From the IMG/VR virus record IMGVR_UViG_3300045988_181101: DNA of 64,000 nt; one strand, 5' to 3'. A program made the translations under genes and the position numbers. The stretch is from a virus. A model generated the notes under the pieces. It was not told the DNA's origin. It made no database searches and saw only the letters and a list, made by a program, of their open reading frames with translations. Position 1 is the first letter of the stretch; each line of letters starts with the position of its first letter. Shown piece by piece: positions 26,487 to 36,370 of this stretch.

Positions 26487-27533
26487 TTATAATACTTGTT
26501 CTAAAATAGTTAATCCTTTTTCATAAGAATAATCATTCTGTTCACAAAAAATCTTAAACTTATTGATAATATCAGAATTAGTAAGAGTTTTAATTTCAGA
26601 TACTTCTGCTTCTTCTGAAATCTCTTCAATTTCTTTAGCTTTCATCTTTACATCAATACCAAGTTCTGTATAAACTTTCTTATCAATAGATTTGAGCTCA
26701 TCCTGATTACCTTTAAATTCTACTCTCAAAAGATTATCAGGATTTTCATCTTTAAACATTTTAACAATCTTATTAACTTGTTTGAGAGTCGTTACACTTA
26801 AATCAATAACAATCTTTCTAAATTTCTTTCCTTTCGAAGGAATCAGATCATAAGTCAAATCATCGTAAATGATCCAAAATCCTTTATTTTCGTCTTCACC
26901 AAAATTATTTTGAGTCAATGATCCAAGATGAACGAATTTTTCTCCAACTTCTTGATAATCGTGAAAATGACCTTGAAAAGTCATATCAAAATCATCAAAT
27001 GTCTTTAGACTTAATCTATTTTCTGTTACATGACCAAGATTCTTACTTCCTGTTATAGCAATATGTCCTAAACAAACAAGTTTATCTTTACTATCCTTTT
27101 CATCTTGAATACACTCAATAAGTTCATCAAATCTTTCTACCCAAATATCTTCATCATAATAAGCAATACATCCAAATAAAATATCTCCTATTCTAACAAT
27201 ATCTATATCATCAATGAGTTTAAAATTAGGATGATGTTTAAATGGTTTAAGAAAAGAATCTGAACTTTTATAATCTGATGAATCGTGATTTCCTCTAATA
27301 CAAATCAATTCTATACCAGCTTTATCGTAATGATCTAAAATCTTATCCCAAGAAGATAGAACAACTTGTTTTTGACTTATTCTTGAATCAAAAACATCAC
27401 CAAGACAAAAACATTGTTTTAAATTGTTAGTTTTACAGATATCAATACCTTGTTTTATCAATAATTCTTCAATTTCTTGATAATTAGATTCTTTTAAATG
27501 AATATCTGTAAAAATCATTGTGAGTGGTTTCAT
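26487..27533 (-). CDS. Mre11/SbcD/T4 gp47-like nuclease
   Basis: Calcineurin-like phosphoesterase motifs: FTDIHL, GDVFD, GNHD, GHIA, GHFH. Confidence 0.9.
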   Translation of the reverse strand: MKPLTMIFTDIHLKESNYQEIEELLIKQGIDICKTNNLKQCFCLGDVFDSRISQKQVVLSSWDKILDHYDKAGIELICIRGNHDSSDYKSSDSFLKPFKHHPNFKLIDDIDIVRIGDILFGCIAYYDEDIWVERFDELIECIQDEKDSKDKLVCLGHIAITGSKNLGHVTENRLSLKTFDDFDMTFQGHFHDYQEVGEKFVHLGSLTQNNFGEDENKGFWIIYDDLTYDLIPSKGKKFRKIVIDLSVTTLKQVNKIVKMFKDENPDNLLRVEFKGNQDELKSIDKKVYTELGIDVKMKAKEIEEISEEAEVSEIKTLTNSDIINKFKIFCEQNDYSYEKGLTILEQVL

Positions 27534-27733
27534 AACGAACTAACTTTTAAAACATTATCTAATCCTGATAATATATCATTCTTTTCTTTCTCTGTATTAA
27601 AATAAAAATTTTCCCAAACGTTTGAAATCTTTATTTCAACTCTATACTGTTTCTTGGATTGACTAAAACCCATATCACGATAGCGTCCAATTGACGAAAT
27701 TTTAATTCTCTGATTTCCTATTTGTACAAACAT
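27530..27733 (-). CDS. hypothetical protein
   Basis: ATG-initiated ORF, 4-nt overlap. Confidence 0.4.
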   Translation of the reverse strand: MFVQIGNQRIKISSIGRYRDMGFSQSKKQYRVEIKISNVWENFYFNTEKEKNDILSGLDNVLKVSSL

Positions 27734-27737
27734 AATT

Positions 27738-28397
27738 TTACCAAATTAAATAAGTTCCTGTTACTCCAATAAATATATCTGGTTTCTTTGTAATTAAACC
27801 GTATCCAGCTCCAATTGATATACCTACTCCAAATCTTTTCTTCTTTATAGGTTTAGTCCAAACTGTTACATCTTGAATTTTACCAGGTAATTGAGAATTT
27901 ATCTCAATCTTATTTTGATTGTCTACTTGTTGTCTTGTTATAAGAAACTCGTTTGTAAGATTAAAATTAATCTTATATTTTTGAATATGAGTCGCCCATA
28001 TCTCAAGATCATAACTTATTGTATCTGTCTTTTCCTGGAAAATATAACACGAATCCGTCTGAATAGATTTATCAACTAATTGCTCTTTCCCTTCGTATTT
28101 ATATTTATATTCAAATTTAATTGCTTCTACAAGATCCTCTTTATCTCGTAATTGAGAATAAAGTTCTTTATTTTCTTTTTTCAATTGAGAAAAACTTTTT
28201 GAAGAATATATCTTAGTATAACGATTTAAAGAATCAATGTAGAATTCAACTTCATTTGAAATCGTTTTTAATTGTTTTTTATAATGTAAATTATCCCAAA
28301 TTAAACATACGACTAATAAAGCTAACGATACAACTAAACAAGTTTTAACATCTATTTTCATACGAAACTTTTTAAGGGAGGAATTTCTTCCTCCCAT
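27738..28397 (-). CDS. membrane-anchored hypothetical protein
   Basis: N-terminal TM CLVVSLALLVVCLIW; Gly-rich C-terminus GVGISIGAGYGLI. Confidence 0.45.
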   Translation of the reverse strand: MGGRNSSLKKFRMKIDVKTCLVVSLALLVVCLIWDNLHYKKQLKTISNEVEFYIDSLNRYTKIYSSKSFSQLKKENKELYSQLRDKEDLVEAIKFEYKYKYEGKEQLVDKSIQTDSCYIFQEKTDTISYDLEIWATHIQKYKINFNLTNEFLITRQQVDNQNKIEINSQLPGKIQDVTVWTKPIKKKRFGVGISIGAGYGLITKKPDIFIGVTGTYLIW

Positions 28398-28402
28398 TAA
28401 TA

Positions 28403-29707
28403 CTATTTCTTCATTCTATTTCTTAAACCTGCTAATCTATCTTGAACAGATTGAGAAGTTTTAGATGAAGCACGATCTTCGTTTATTGGACTTTTTTCTT
28501 CAGATTCATTCGAATCATCATTTTCTTCACTTTCACGATAATCGTCAAATGGTAACATCATTCCTTCTTTCATCATATCGTACCATTTTCGTAATTCTGT
28601 AACAGAAAGATTAGGAAGTTTTTCAGTACCTTCGTATTCTGCTTCAATATAATCATTAAGCTCAGCCTTCATCTTAATCAACGGCGGATAAGATGTTATG
28701 GGGGTAGAGGTTTGTTTAGGTTCTTCTTTCTTCTTAGAAGGAATTTTTGCAACTTGTTTGACTTCATCATCTTCAGGGACAAGTTTTTCAAGTTCTTCAA
28801 GAGCGTTCAAAAATTCATCATTTTGAAAGATTTCAAAACCATTTTGTTTATCAAATCTTTCAAGGCCTTCAATTTGCATATCCCAATCTTTTCTTGAAAA
28901 GACATCTTTATACTGATCTTCCAAAGAAGGTAATTCTTCGAGTTCTTGCAAAATATTATCAGGAACTCTTGTTCTCAAGAAGAAATCATCCCAACTTTCA
29001 CGTTTAGAAGCATCAGGTAATCCGCATGAAATATCAAATTGTGACTTACCTTTTTCATTTAAAGTTGTATTAATAATCAAAGGATAACCTTCATCACAAT
29101 CTGAAAAAATATCTATATTAATTACATTATCATTAGATCTTTCAAGAGAAATGTTTTTCATCTTCTTCCACCATTGTGGACGTACATCAAAACGGTGAAT
29201 TTCATCTTCAACATAAACATAACAAACATAATTCAAATTTGGACTAACACCCCAAACCCATTGTTTTTGTCTATTGAAATAACCTGTTATAGGTGCTAAA
29301 AATTTCTTTTTCTCATCTGAATCTTGAATATCATTCGCAAGTGCATAGACAAAATCGATATAAATCATTACAGCATCTTTGCCACCCATTTTATCACTAT
29401 GAACATCAGATGTAAAGACATCCTTTTGTCTTACCTCTTTTTTACCTGTATCTTTTCCATCTTTATCATAGATAGGACATTCAATAGGAAGTTTTACAAC
29501 TTTACGTGAAATATAAGGTTTTTCACCTTTTACTGAAGGTAAAACTCTTAATTCATAACGACCTTCTTTATTTACTGTATAAAAACTTGCTCTACCACCT
29601 TGATTCCCAAATGCAGGATTTTTCATTGTGGCTTGCGCTTTTTTCAAATCATCATCTACTTCATCAATACTAACTTGTTTCTTGTACTTTGAACGATCAA
29701 AACTCAT
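28403..29707 (-). CDS. putative ssDNA-binding protein (gp32-like position, acidic C-terminal tail)
   Basis: Segment GGRASFYTVNKEGRYELRVLPS resembles the T4 gp32 N-terminal region by eye; acidic tail DDYRESEENDDSNESEE; lies between the replication and recombination genes. Confidence 0.4.
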   Translation of the reverse strand: MSFDRSKYKKQVSIDEVDDDLKKAQATMKNPAFGNQGGRASFYTVNKEGRYELRVLPSVKGEKPYISRKVVKLPIECPIYDKDGKDTGKKEVRQKDVFTSDVHSDKMGGKDAVMIYIDFVYALANDIQDSDEKKKFLAPITGYFNRQKQWVWGVSPNLNYVCYVYVEDEIHRFDVRPQWWKKMKNISLERSNDNVINIDIFSDCDEGYPLIINTTLNEKGKSQFDISCGLPDASKRESWDDFFLRTRVPDNILQELEELPSLEDQYKDVFSRKDWDMQIEGLERFDKQNGFEIFQNDEFLNALEELEKLVPEDDEVKQVAKIPSKKKEEPKQTSTPITSYPPLIKMKAELNDYIEAEYEGTEKLPNLSVTELRKWYDMMKEGMMLPFDDYRESEENDDSNESEEKSPINEDRASSKTSQSVQDRLAGLRNRMKK

Positions 29708-29731
29708 AATAATAAAATTTAAAATTAATAC

Positions 29732-30019
29732 TTACTTTAATTTAATACTTTTCAATTGTTTTAAAACTTCTTCATTAATCTTCTTATACTCTTCTATATA
29801 TTTTTCAAATGTTTCAAATTCCTTCTTAGTTTCAAAAATCTCATAATCTCCAATTTTATTCATAAGATGTTGTAAGGACATACCAAATGCAACAGGTTTT
29901 TCAACTTCAACATTCTCTTCGCCATTTCTATTACCATAAGATATTTTAATCAAATCCCAATTAAACGGTGCATGAATACATTGACTAATAAAAAAATTCT
30001 CAGTTAATTTTATCTTCAT
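29732..30019 (-). CDS. hypothetical protein
   Basis: ATG-initiated ORF. Confidence 0.45.
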   Translation of the reverse strand: MKIKLTENFFISQCIHAPFNWDLIKISYGNRNGEENVEVEKPVAFGMSLQHLMNKIGDYEIFETKKEFETFEKYIEEYKKINEEVLKQLKSIKLK

Positions 30020-30546
30020 AATTCAGGTTTTATAATAGTAAATGAATTTATTTTACCTTCGATTAATTCGTTCACAAATTCTTTAGGTGTTACTTTAGGT
30101 AACAAATTATTCAATTTCTGATCTTTACTTTTTATTGCCCACCATAATGCATCTAATTTATCTCTTTTTGATTCAATTTCTATTTGCTCCATTAAATATT
30201 CTTGATATTTATCATTAAGCAAAACTAATTCATCAAGTCCTTTTTCAGTCAATTTAAATTCTTCTTCATCAATAGTAACTTTACCATTATTGTTAGCAGC
30301 TTCTCTTCTATATTGTCTTTTCAATTCAGATACATAAACATCACAATAAAGTTTTGCTTCTCTTGCTTTTCTTTCGTAATCTGCTTTCCATTGTCCTATC
30401 TTATTCAATAATGCAGGTATTGTAACTACTTCACCATACAAATTAGAATAATTGATTGATGTGATATTTTCAAGATAAATCTCTTCGTCTGCATCAGGTG
30501 ATATAAGTACGATTGTTTTATCTTCTTGTTCAATAATAAGTTTCAT
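30016..30546 (-). CDS. hypothetical protein
   Basis: ATG-initiated ORF. Confidence 0.45.
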   Translation of the reverse strand: MKLIIEQEDKTIVLISPDADEEIYLENITSINYSNLYGEVVTIPALLNKIGQWKADYERKAREAKLYCDVYVSELKRQYRREAANNNGKVTIDEEEFKLTEKGLDELVLLNDKYQEYLMEQIEIESKRDKLDALWWAIKSKDQKLNNLLPKVTPKEFVNELIEGKINSFTIIKPEL

Positions 30547-30564
30547 ATCTTCTTTATTTTTATG

Positions 30565-30610
30565 TAAAGGTATGGTTTTTATTCGTTTTATACAACATAA
30601 ACCATACCTT
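30565..30610 (-). promoter_or_regulatory. variant -7-like box (TACCTTTA) embedded in a 12-bp inverted repeat downstream of dnaE
   Basis: aaggtatggttt (30567-30578) pairs with aaaccatacctt (30599-30610); the box is 18 nt upstream of ATG 30546. Confidence 0.35.
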
Positions 30611-30641
30611 ATAAGTATCCTTATTATCTAAATAATGTACC

Positions 30642-32654
30642 TTATGTTAAAACAGTAAATAACGAATTTATTGTCGTCTGTAAAATGTATTCTTGTCTAA
30701 ACTTATCCCATTGAATATAACCATTAAGAAGTAAAATGTTCCCCTTACTATTTCTTAATGATTCTGCAACTTCTTCAAATAATTCAGGAAATACATAGAC
30801 GTTTATAAAATCATAATTACTTTCTAATGTTATAGTAGCAAAAAGACCTTTCTTAGATTTTTTCTCTACTAAATCTACAACATATCCACCTATAGAAGCT
30901 AAGCGATATTTTGTAGTGCCTGTCCAGTATTTAACTTGACTAATATCGTAGAAATCATGTTCGTCATCATAAAGTTGAGGAATATGATAATTTCTTACAA
31001 GATATTCATAATCAAAAAATGCAAGTCCTGATACCTTCTTTTGTTGTAAAGTCCACCACCAATCATTTTTCTCTTTACGAGCTTTAATAATATTAGTCAA
31101 AAGATCTTTATCTTCAAGAATCTTCACTTTCTTATTTTCTCGATAGGATTCAATCAATTTCAATCTTTCATGAGGACGTTCTATATTCTCCAATTTATCA
31201 AACGCACCACTATAGATGAGATTTTCAATAACAGATTTGTTTACAGGAGATCCTTTTATTACACATCTATCTATAAATTCATCAAGTGAAAAGAATTCTC
31301 CATTCTCATGTCTTTCCTTTGAAATAAATTCTTGAGCTTTTTCACCACATTGTTTAACTGAATTCAAAGCCCAATACATACTTCCTGTTTTGACATCTGA
31401 AACAATATTTATATCAGACTTATTTATATCTACAGTGCGAAGTTCAATGTTACCTGATTTCTGAATTTCATTAACATAAAAAGGATAATCTTTACTTTCA
31501 GCATAGGAGAATGTTACAGACCAAAACTCAATAGGATAATGCACTTTCAACCAAAGGCAATTATATCCATTTCGCGAATAAGCGATTGCATGGGATTTGT
31601 TAAACGCATAGGCACCAAATTTCACCATTTGATCCCAAAGTTCTTTTGCATAAGATTCTTCTACACCAAATTTATTGATATAACCTTTTACAAACTTTTC
31701 TTCATACGATTGAAGTTTTTGTAAATTTTTTTTACCAATAGCTTTTCGGACACCATCAGTGGTCTCTAAGTCAAAATCAGCAAGATACTGACAGAGACGC
31801 ATTATATCTTCTTGGTACACTATAAAGTTTTTTGACTTTGATAAAACTTTTTCTGCACCTATTGGAGCTTCTTTATCAATTTCTCCTTTCTTAGCAAGAA
31901 TGTATTCATTGTGAAAATTATTCTCAATAGGTCCAGGACGATATAAAGCTGCACATATCCCCATCTCATCAAGACTTTCAGGCTGCATCTGAACGCAATA
32001 AGACGAAAGTCCTTTTGCACCGAAGTGGAAAATATTCGATAAAAATCCTTTCTTTATATATTCAAAGACTATTCTATCATCTAAAGGAATATCTTTATAT
32101 AAATCAAGTTTTATACCGTGATTTTTATAAATCAAATCAAGTATATCAGATAATTGTGATAATTGTCTGATACCTAATATATCTTCTTTCAAAAATCCAG
32201 CATCTTCAATTTCTGAACCTTCCCATTGTGTAACCATTAAACCTTGTTGTTTCTTGATAGGAGTCCATTGAGCAGAGGTTTTCTCATCAGGTAATACTAC
32301 TGTACCACAAGCATGAATAGAAGATGTCTTCGGTGTATTAAGAATAATCATCATATCATCAAAGAGTTCTGTGTTATCTTTGACAAATTCTCTCATTTCT
32401 TTATCCTTACAAATAATTCTAAAGAAATCCTCTGCACTTTCCATCCCTTCTTCATCTCTTAATCTTGATGTAAATCGTCTTACTGCTCCAATAGGTAAGT
32501 TGTGACAGCGAGCAAGGTCTGTAATGGCAGCTTTAAGTTTTAATGTACCATAAGTTCCAAGAGAAACGACTTGTGTTTCGCCAAATCGACTCTCCATGTA
32601 TTTCTTTACTTTTTCTCGTCCTTCAGACGAAAAATCCGAATCGATTTCACTTAG
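30642..32654 (-). CDS. dnaE: DNA polymerase III alpha subunit, C-terminal part (palm catalytic Asp pair onward); 5' boundary approximate
   Basis: The frame is open upstream of the track ATG back to a TAG at 32664-32666 and encodes (SPG)LSEIDSDFSSEGREKVKKYMESRFGETQVVSLGTYGTLK. This is the PDxDxDF...GT segment of DnaE. Later motifs include ALYRPGP, FNKSHA and an OB-fold-like C-terminus. Confidence 0.85.
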   Translation of the reverse strand, partial: LSEIDSDFSSEGREKVKKYMESRFGETQVVSLGTYGTLKLKAAITDLARCHNLPIGAVRRFTSRLRDEEGMESAEDFFRIICKDKEMREFVKDNTELFDDMMIILNTPKTSSIHACGTVVLPDEKTSAQWTPIKKQQGLMVTQWEGSEIEDAGFLKEDILGIRQLSQLSDILDLIYKNHGIKLDLYKDIPLDDRIVFEYIKKGFLSNIFHFGAKGLSSYCVQMQPESLDEMGICAALYRPGPIENNFHNEYILAKKGEIDKEAPIGAEKVLSKSKNFIVYQEDIMRLCQYLADFDLETTDGVRKAIGKKNLQKLQSYEEKFVKGYINKFGVEESYAKELWDQMVKFGAYAFNKSHAIAYSRNGYNCLWLKVHYPIEFWSVTFSYAESKDYPFYVNEIQKSGNIELRTVDINKSDINIVSDVKTGSMYWALNSVKQCGEKAQEFISKERHENGEFFSLDEFIDRCVIKGSPVNKSVIENLIYSGAFDKLENIERPHERLKLIESYRENKKVKILEDKDLLTNIIKARKEKNDWWWTLQQKKVSGLAFFDYEYLVRNYHIPQLYDDEHDFYDISQVKYWTGTTKYRLASIGGYVVDLVEKKSKKGLFATITLESNYDFINVYVFPELFEEVAESLRNSKGNILLLNGYIQWDKFRQEYILQTTINSLFTVLT

Positions 32655-33649
32655 TCCGGGAGACTACCTAATGACGTAGTCTCCCGGATCTCCTTTCTTA
32701 AATCTTTAATTGTTATCATTATTTATTTCTTGTTTTAAAAATTCAACCAATTCTTCAACGTTGTCAGGAACCTTATTTGATTTTTTAATATTATCAACTT
32801 TCCATAACGGCTGTAGATTCCTGTAATTAAGACAGATACGTTGATTTTCTTCTTTAGTCAGATCAAAGTAAGATATAGGAATAATATGATCAATCTGCCA
32901 ACCGTCTTTTCCACCATAATTCTCCCACGTCATTCCAGGTTCGAATTGTTGTTCGAGATGAACTTTCAGTTCACCAAGAGAACAACCAATTAAATCAAAT
33001 GTACTGTTTTTCTTCGATCCATTTAATCTCGTTCTCAATCCGTTTCTCAAAAGGTGAGCTAATTTAAAATTCAAATCTTCCTTTCTCCTTCTTCGACTAT
33101 TAATCGATCTTTTTAATCGACCTTGATCTGATTTTAAATATAAATTCGATTGTAAAATTCTCTTCTCTTTATTCTTTTCGTAATAATCTTTATCATATAA
33201 AGACCGTCTTTCTTTATTTTCTCTTCCCCTCTCTAATATCACTTCTTTGTGATTTTGATAATAAAGTTTATCGCTTTTCTTTCGATTTTCAGATTTTAAA
33301 TACAATTTAGTATATTCTTTCTTGCAATCTTTACACTGAGCTTCTAATCCATCTGAACAGCTCTTACATTTGTTAAAATGATCAAGTGAAAGTTCTCGTC
33401 TACAATGACTGCAAATCTTCAATCCTGTCTCAAAATTAGCTTTCATACTTTATATAAAATTTTTCATTTTTCTTTATATGTTTATTCGTTATAATCCATC
33501 AATTCATCATCTTCTTGTAATTCACCAGCCTTAACAATCATCTTTTCTTTATTACGTAAAATTCGCACAAAATCAGTAGATTTGATACAAATAGGTGAGG
33601 AACTATTTTCGTTTATAACTACCTCTTCAACTTTATCGTGACGTATCAA
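32655..33649 (-). mobile_element. HNH-carrying insertion of about 1 kb splitting dnaE: candidate group I intron (boundaries approximate)
   Basis: DnaE homology stops at ...LFERFLTTGR (R codon at 33650-33652) and resumes at LSEIDSDF (32654 downward). The interval holds HNH ORF 32706..33446 and a 13-bp GC-rich hairpin at 32655-32688. Confidence 0.5.
32706..33446 (-). CDS. HNH homing endonuclease with N-terminal Zn ribbon (paralogue 2), inside dnaE
   Basis: CSHCRRELSLDHFNKCKSCSDGLEAQCKDCKK; WENYGGKDGWQIDHIIP...NYRNLQPLWKVDNIKKSN. Confidence 0.85.
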   Translation of the reverse strand: MKANFETGLKICSHCRRELSLDHFNKCKSCSDGLEAQCKDCKKEYTKLYLKSENRKKSDKLYYQNHKEVILERGRENKERRSLYDKDYYEKNKEKRILQSNLYLKSDQGRLKRSINSRRRRKEDLNFKLAHLLRNGLRTRLNGSKKNSTFDLIGCSLGELKVHLEQQFEPGMTWENYGGKDGWQIDHIIPISYFDLTKEENQRICLNYRNLQPLWKVDNIKKSNKVPDNVEELVEFLKQEINNDNN

Positions 33650-35092
33650 GCGACCTGTTGTTAGGAAGCGTTCAAATAGAAGATCGTATTCAAGAGGATT
33701 AATATAATTAAGTTCCAATAGATAAGAAATGAGACTCCCACAAGCTGACCCTCTACCAGCCCCTAAAAGTATATTTTCTTTCTTACACCAATTGACGATA
33801 TCTCTCAACATTAAAAAGTAATCGACTACATCTCCTTCTTCAATTACCTTCATTTCTCTTTCAAGTCGTTCTTGAATAACTTCATCTGAATATTTCTCAA
33901 GAAGCTCAGGATGATTTTCAATACCTTTAAATATCAAATCTTCAAACATATCAATATTAGTTTCGTATTGAAGAGCTTCTTCATCAGTCATGTGATAAAC
34001 AGGCATGTGTCGTATTTGCGTTTCAATTACGAAATTACATTCAAATGATACTTCTTTTAGATTTGAAACGGCTCTTTCCCACGTAGAAAAGAATTTTTCA
34101 TCATTACCGAATAAATAACTTAACTCTTCAAAATACTCTTGATAATTTTTGAAATATTGATTTTTACTTTCGTGTGTAATTATCTTACCAATAGAATTTA
34201 ATTTCTTTTTAACGGGATACCATTCTTTCTCTATATAATAAGCATCACACATTGCGATAGGTTCAAGTTCACTTAAAAAGAATCTTTTTAAATTATTTAA
34301 ATAATCTATATCCTTTTCTTCTTTTTCAAATACAGTTGTATCAAGTTGATAATAAGGTACTATTTCTTTTAGATTTGTAGGTATATTTCTATATTCTATT
34401 GATTTAGGATCCCAAATTAAAACTAATCCATCATAACAATCTTCAATATCTTCTTGCGTAACAAAAGCTTTATCATTTGTATTTATTATTTCATTCAATT
34501 TTAGAAGGTTCTGCCAACCTATTTGATTTTTTACAAATGCTTTAATAGTGTACTTCAAATCTTTTTTCTCGTCTACAATTATGATCTCCATTCCTTGAAT
34601 AGAACGTAATCCTGCTTTTTGACAAGCATTTTGAAATTTCATACAGCCTGCTAATGTTCCTTTTTCACAGATACCAAGACTTGTGATTCCTAAGAATTTA
34701 GCTTTCTCACACCATTTCTTATAGAGACCTACACTATTTAATAATTCAAGAGGACCATGAATCCCAAGATAAGTATCTATATAAAATTCTTCATCTTCAA
34801 GTTTAGCTTTACCTAACCATTTTATAGGATTTAATTTTACTTGCAATTCATCTCCCTTTTTAAGAGAATACCAAATACTACCAAAACTAAAAATGTAATT
34901 ATCACAATCAGTTCTATCGCATGCCCAATGAAAATCTTCATCAAAAAGAACTTTCTTACCTTCTTCCCATTCTATAGGTTCAAATAGTTCATACGTTTGA
35001 TTATTTATCTCAATGACATAATCTCCTAATTCTTTGTAATCTATAAAATTGTCATTAAGATATTGAATTAATTCTTTATATAATTCTTTCAT
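33650..35092 (-). CDS. dnaE: DNA polymerase III alpha subunit, N-terminal part (degenerate PHP domain and start of palm); 3' boundary approximate
   Basis: GAGRGSACGSLISYLLELNYINPLEYDLLFERFL matches the DnaE GRGSAAGSLV...LFERFLNPER block. The track ORF continues 55 non-homologous codons to the stop at 33482. Confidence 0.85.
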
Positions 35093-35110
35093 ATACGAAT
35101 TTAATTAAAA

Positions 35111-35141
35111 AGGGCCAGAAACATATTTATTCTCTGACCCT
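35111..35141 (-). terminator. rho-independent terminator candidate
   Basis: Stem agggccaga/tctgaccct (one mismatch), followed on the minus strand by UUUUUAAUUAAAUU; just after the stop at 35170. Confidence 0.5.
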
Positions 35142-35169
35142 CCTCTATCAACTAAAAAAGAACTGAATA

Positions 35170-35706
35170 TTATTCTGACACTACATCAAAATGTTTATCA
35201 CACACATGCTTTACAACTGTATAATAGGTAGATAATGCTTTAGCAATTTGATAGAAAGAACGTCCGTCATTCTTCAATAGTTCATCATAAATCTGAGAAG
35301 AAAGATCTTTCATACCTTCAGGTTTAGTTTCAGATTTAGGTTTAACATTGAGAATTGTTTTCGGAGCTCTTGGTTGCTTTTCTTTTTTTTCTTTTGGCTG
35401 TTTCTTTTCTTTCTTCACAGTTTTTGCAACAATCTTTTCAGCTTTCTTGGTTTCTTTACGCTTTTTCTCATCTTCAGGACGAGGTTCTTCAGCGTTTTTA
35501 CTAACAGATTCTGCGTGTTCTTCTACTGTTTTTTCTTCTTTTGCTACATCTTCATCAGAAGCAATGTACTCAGGATCTGTATAGGTTTCTATACCTGCTT
35601 CTTTTTGTTCAATCAACTTTGCAAGTTCTTCTTTAGAATACTTTGCATAATTCTGAATACCAAGTTCATTAGCTTTTTTACGAAGTGTTAACAATGATTC
35701 TGCCAT
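35170..35706 (-). CDS. HeH/Rho_N-like, Lys/Glu-rich DNA-binding protein (paralogue of 791..1357)
   Basis: LTLRKKANELGIQNYAKYSKEELAKLIEQKE; highly charged KEK-rich middle; C-terminal HTH-like SFYQIAKALSTYYTVVKHV. Confidence 0.6.
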   Translation of the reverse strand: MAESLLTLRKKANELGIQNYAKYSKEELAKLIEQKEAGIETYTDPEYIASDEDVAKEEKTVEEHAESVSKNAEEPRPEDEKKRKETKKAEKIVAKTVKKEKKQPKEKKEKQPRAPKTILNVKPKSETKPEGMKDLSSQIYDELLKNDGRSFYQIAKALSTYYTVVKHVCDKHFDVVSE

Positions 35707-35752
35707 AACTTTAAATTTTACGAATTAATAAATTTGTTTCTTTTTGATGACC

Positions 35753-35760
35753 TAAAGGTC
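35753..35760 (-). promoter_or_regulatory. variant box GACCTTTAGG
   Basis: Minus strand GTAGACCTTTAGGTC, 46 nt upstream of ATG 35706; the same 13-mer core occurs at 5501-5515. Confidence 0.3.
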
Positions 35761-36359
35761 TACATTTTCTCATTACGTTGCAACATTTGGACATGAGAAA
35801 ATATTATCTCTTTTAATTGTTTAAGTCTCTGTTCTACGGAACCTGATATAGTCTGATAAGGAATGCTATTTAATTGAAGAGTTGATCGAATAATCAGATC
35901 GATCTCTTTCTGAAATTCTTTTTTCATCGACCTTATACCGTCACCAACTACATTGAATTCAATAGGGAAATATATCACCGTTCCTAAATCATTCTTTCTT
36001 TCTTTTAAGATAGAAAGTTGTCTTTCTGTTTCAATTCGAGTAAACTGTTTTTCTTCTTCAGACATTTCTTTGAAACTTAGTATCCATAAAGTATATGAAA
36101 CTACATCAATGATACATCTATCACTTATCAGACTTTTCTTTTGATCGAGGACTTTCATATACTCATCAAAAATAAGTTTCTGAGACTTCCAATCACCTTC
36201 TTCGTTGATTGTAACTTTCTTTTTCTTTAAAAGATCTCTTACTTTCTCATTGCTGAATAAAAACTCTTTAAAATCAGGATCTTTTTTAGCTTCCTCAAAA
36301 AGAGTGGTTTTGCCGGTCCCTTGAGAACCGGCAAATTGAATTTTCAAATTATCTTTCAT
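35760..36359 (-). CDS. P-loop NTPase, NadR/AAA_28-like kinase fold
   Basis: Walker A FAGSQGTGKTTL; later DRCIIDVVSYT; assignment by eye. Confidence 0.45.
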   Translation of the reverse strand: MKDNLKIQFAGSQGTGKTTLFEEAKKDPDFKEFLFSNEKVRDLLKKKKVTINEEGDWKSQKLIFDEYMKVLDQKKSLISDRCIIDVVSYTLWILSFKEMSEEEKQFTRIETERQLSILKERKNDLGTVIYFPIEFNVVGDGIRSMKKEFQKEIDLIIRSTLQLNSIPYQTISGSVEQRLKQLKEIIFSHVQMLQRNEKM

Positions 36360-36370
36360 TATTTTGATAA

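Noticed and set aside
33482-33649. The 55-codon tail (LIRHDKVEEVV...DELMDYNE) as a genuine C-terminus of a stand-alone N-terminal DnaE fragment
   Set aside because: It has no similarity to DnaE and begins exactly where homology jumps to the downstream exon, so it is more likely intron read-through. It is not fully excluded; see the split-gene alternative in the dnaE finding.
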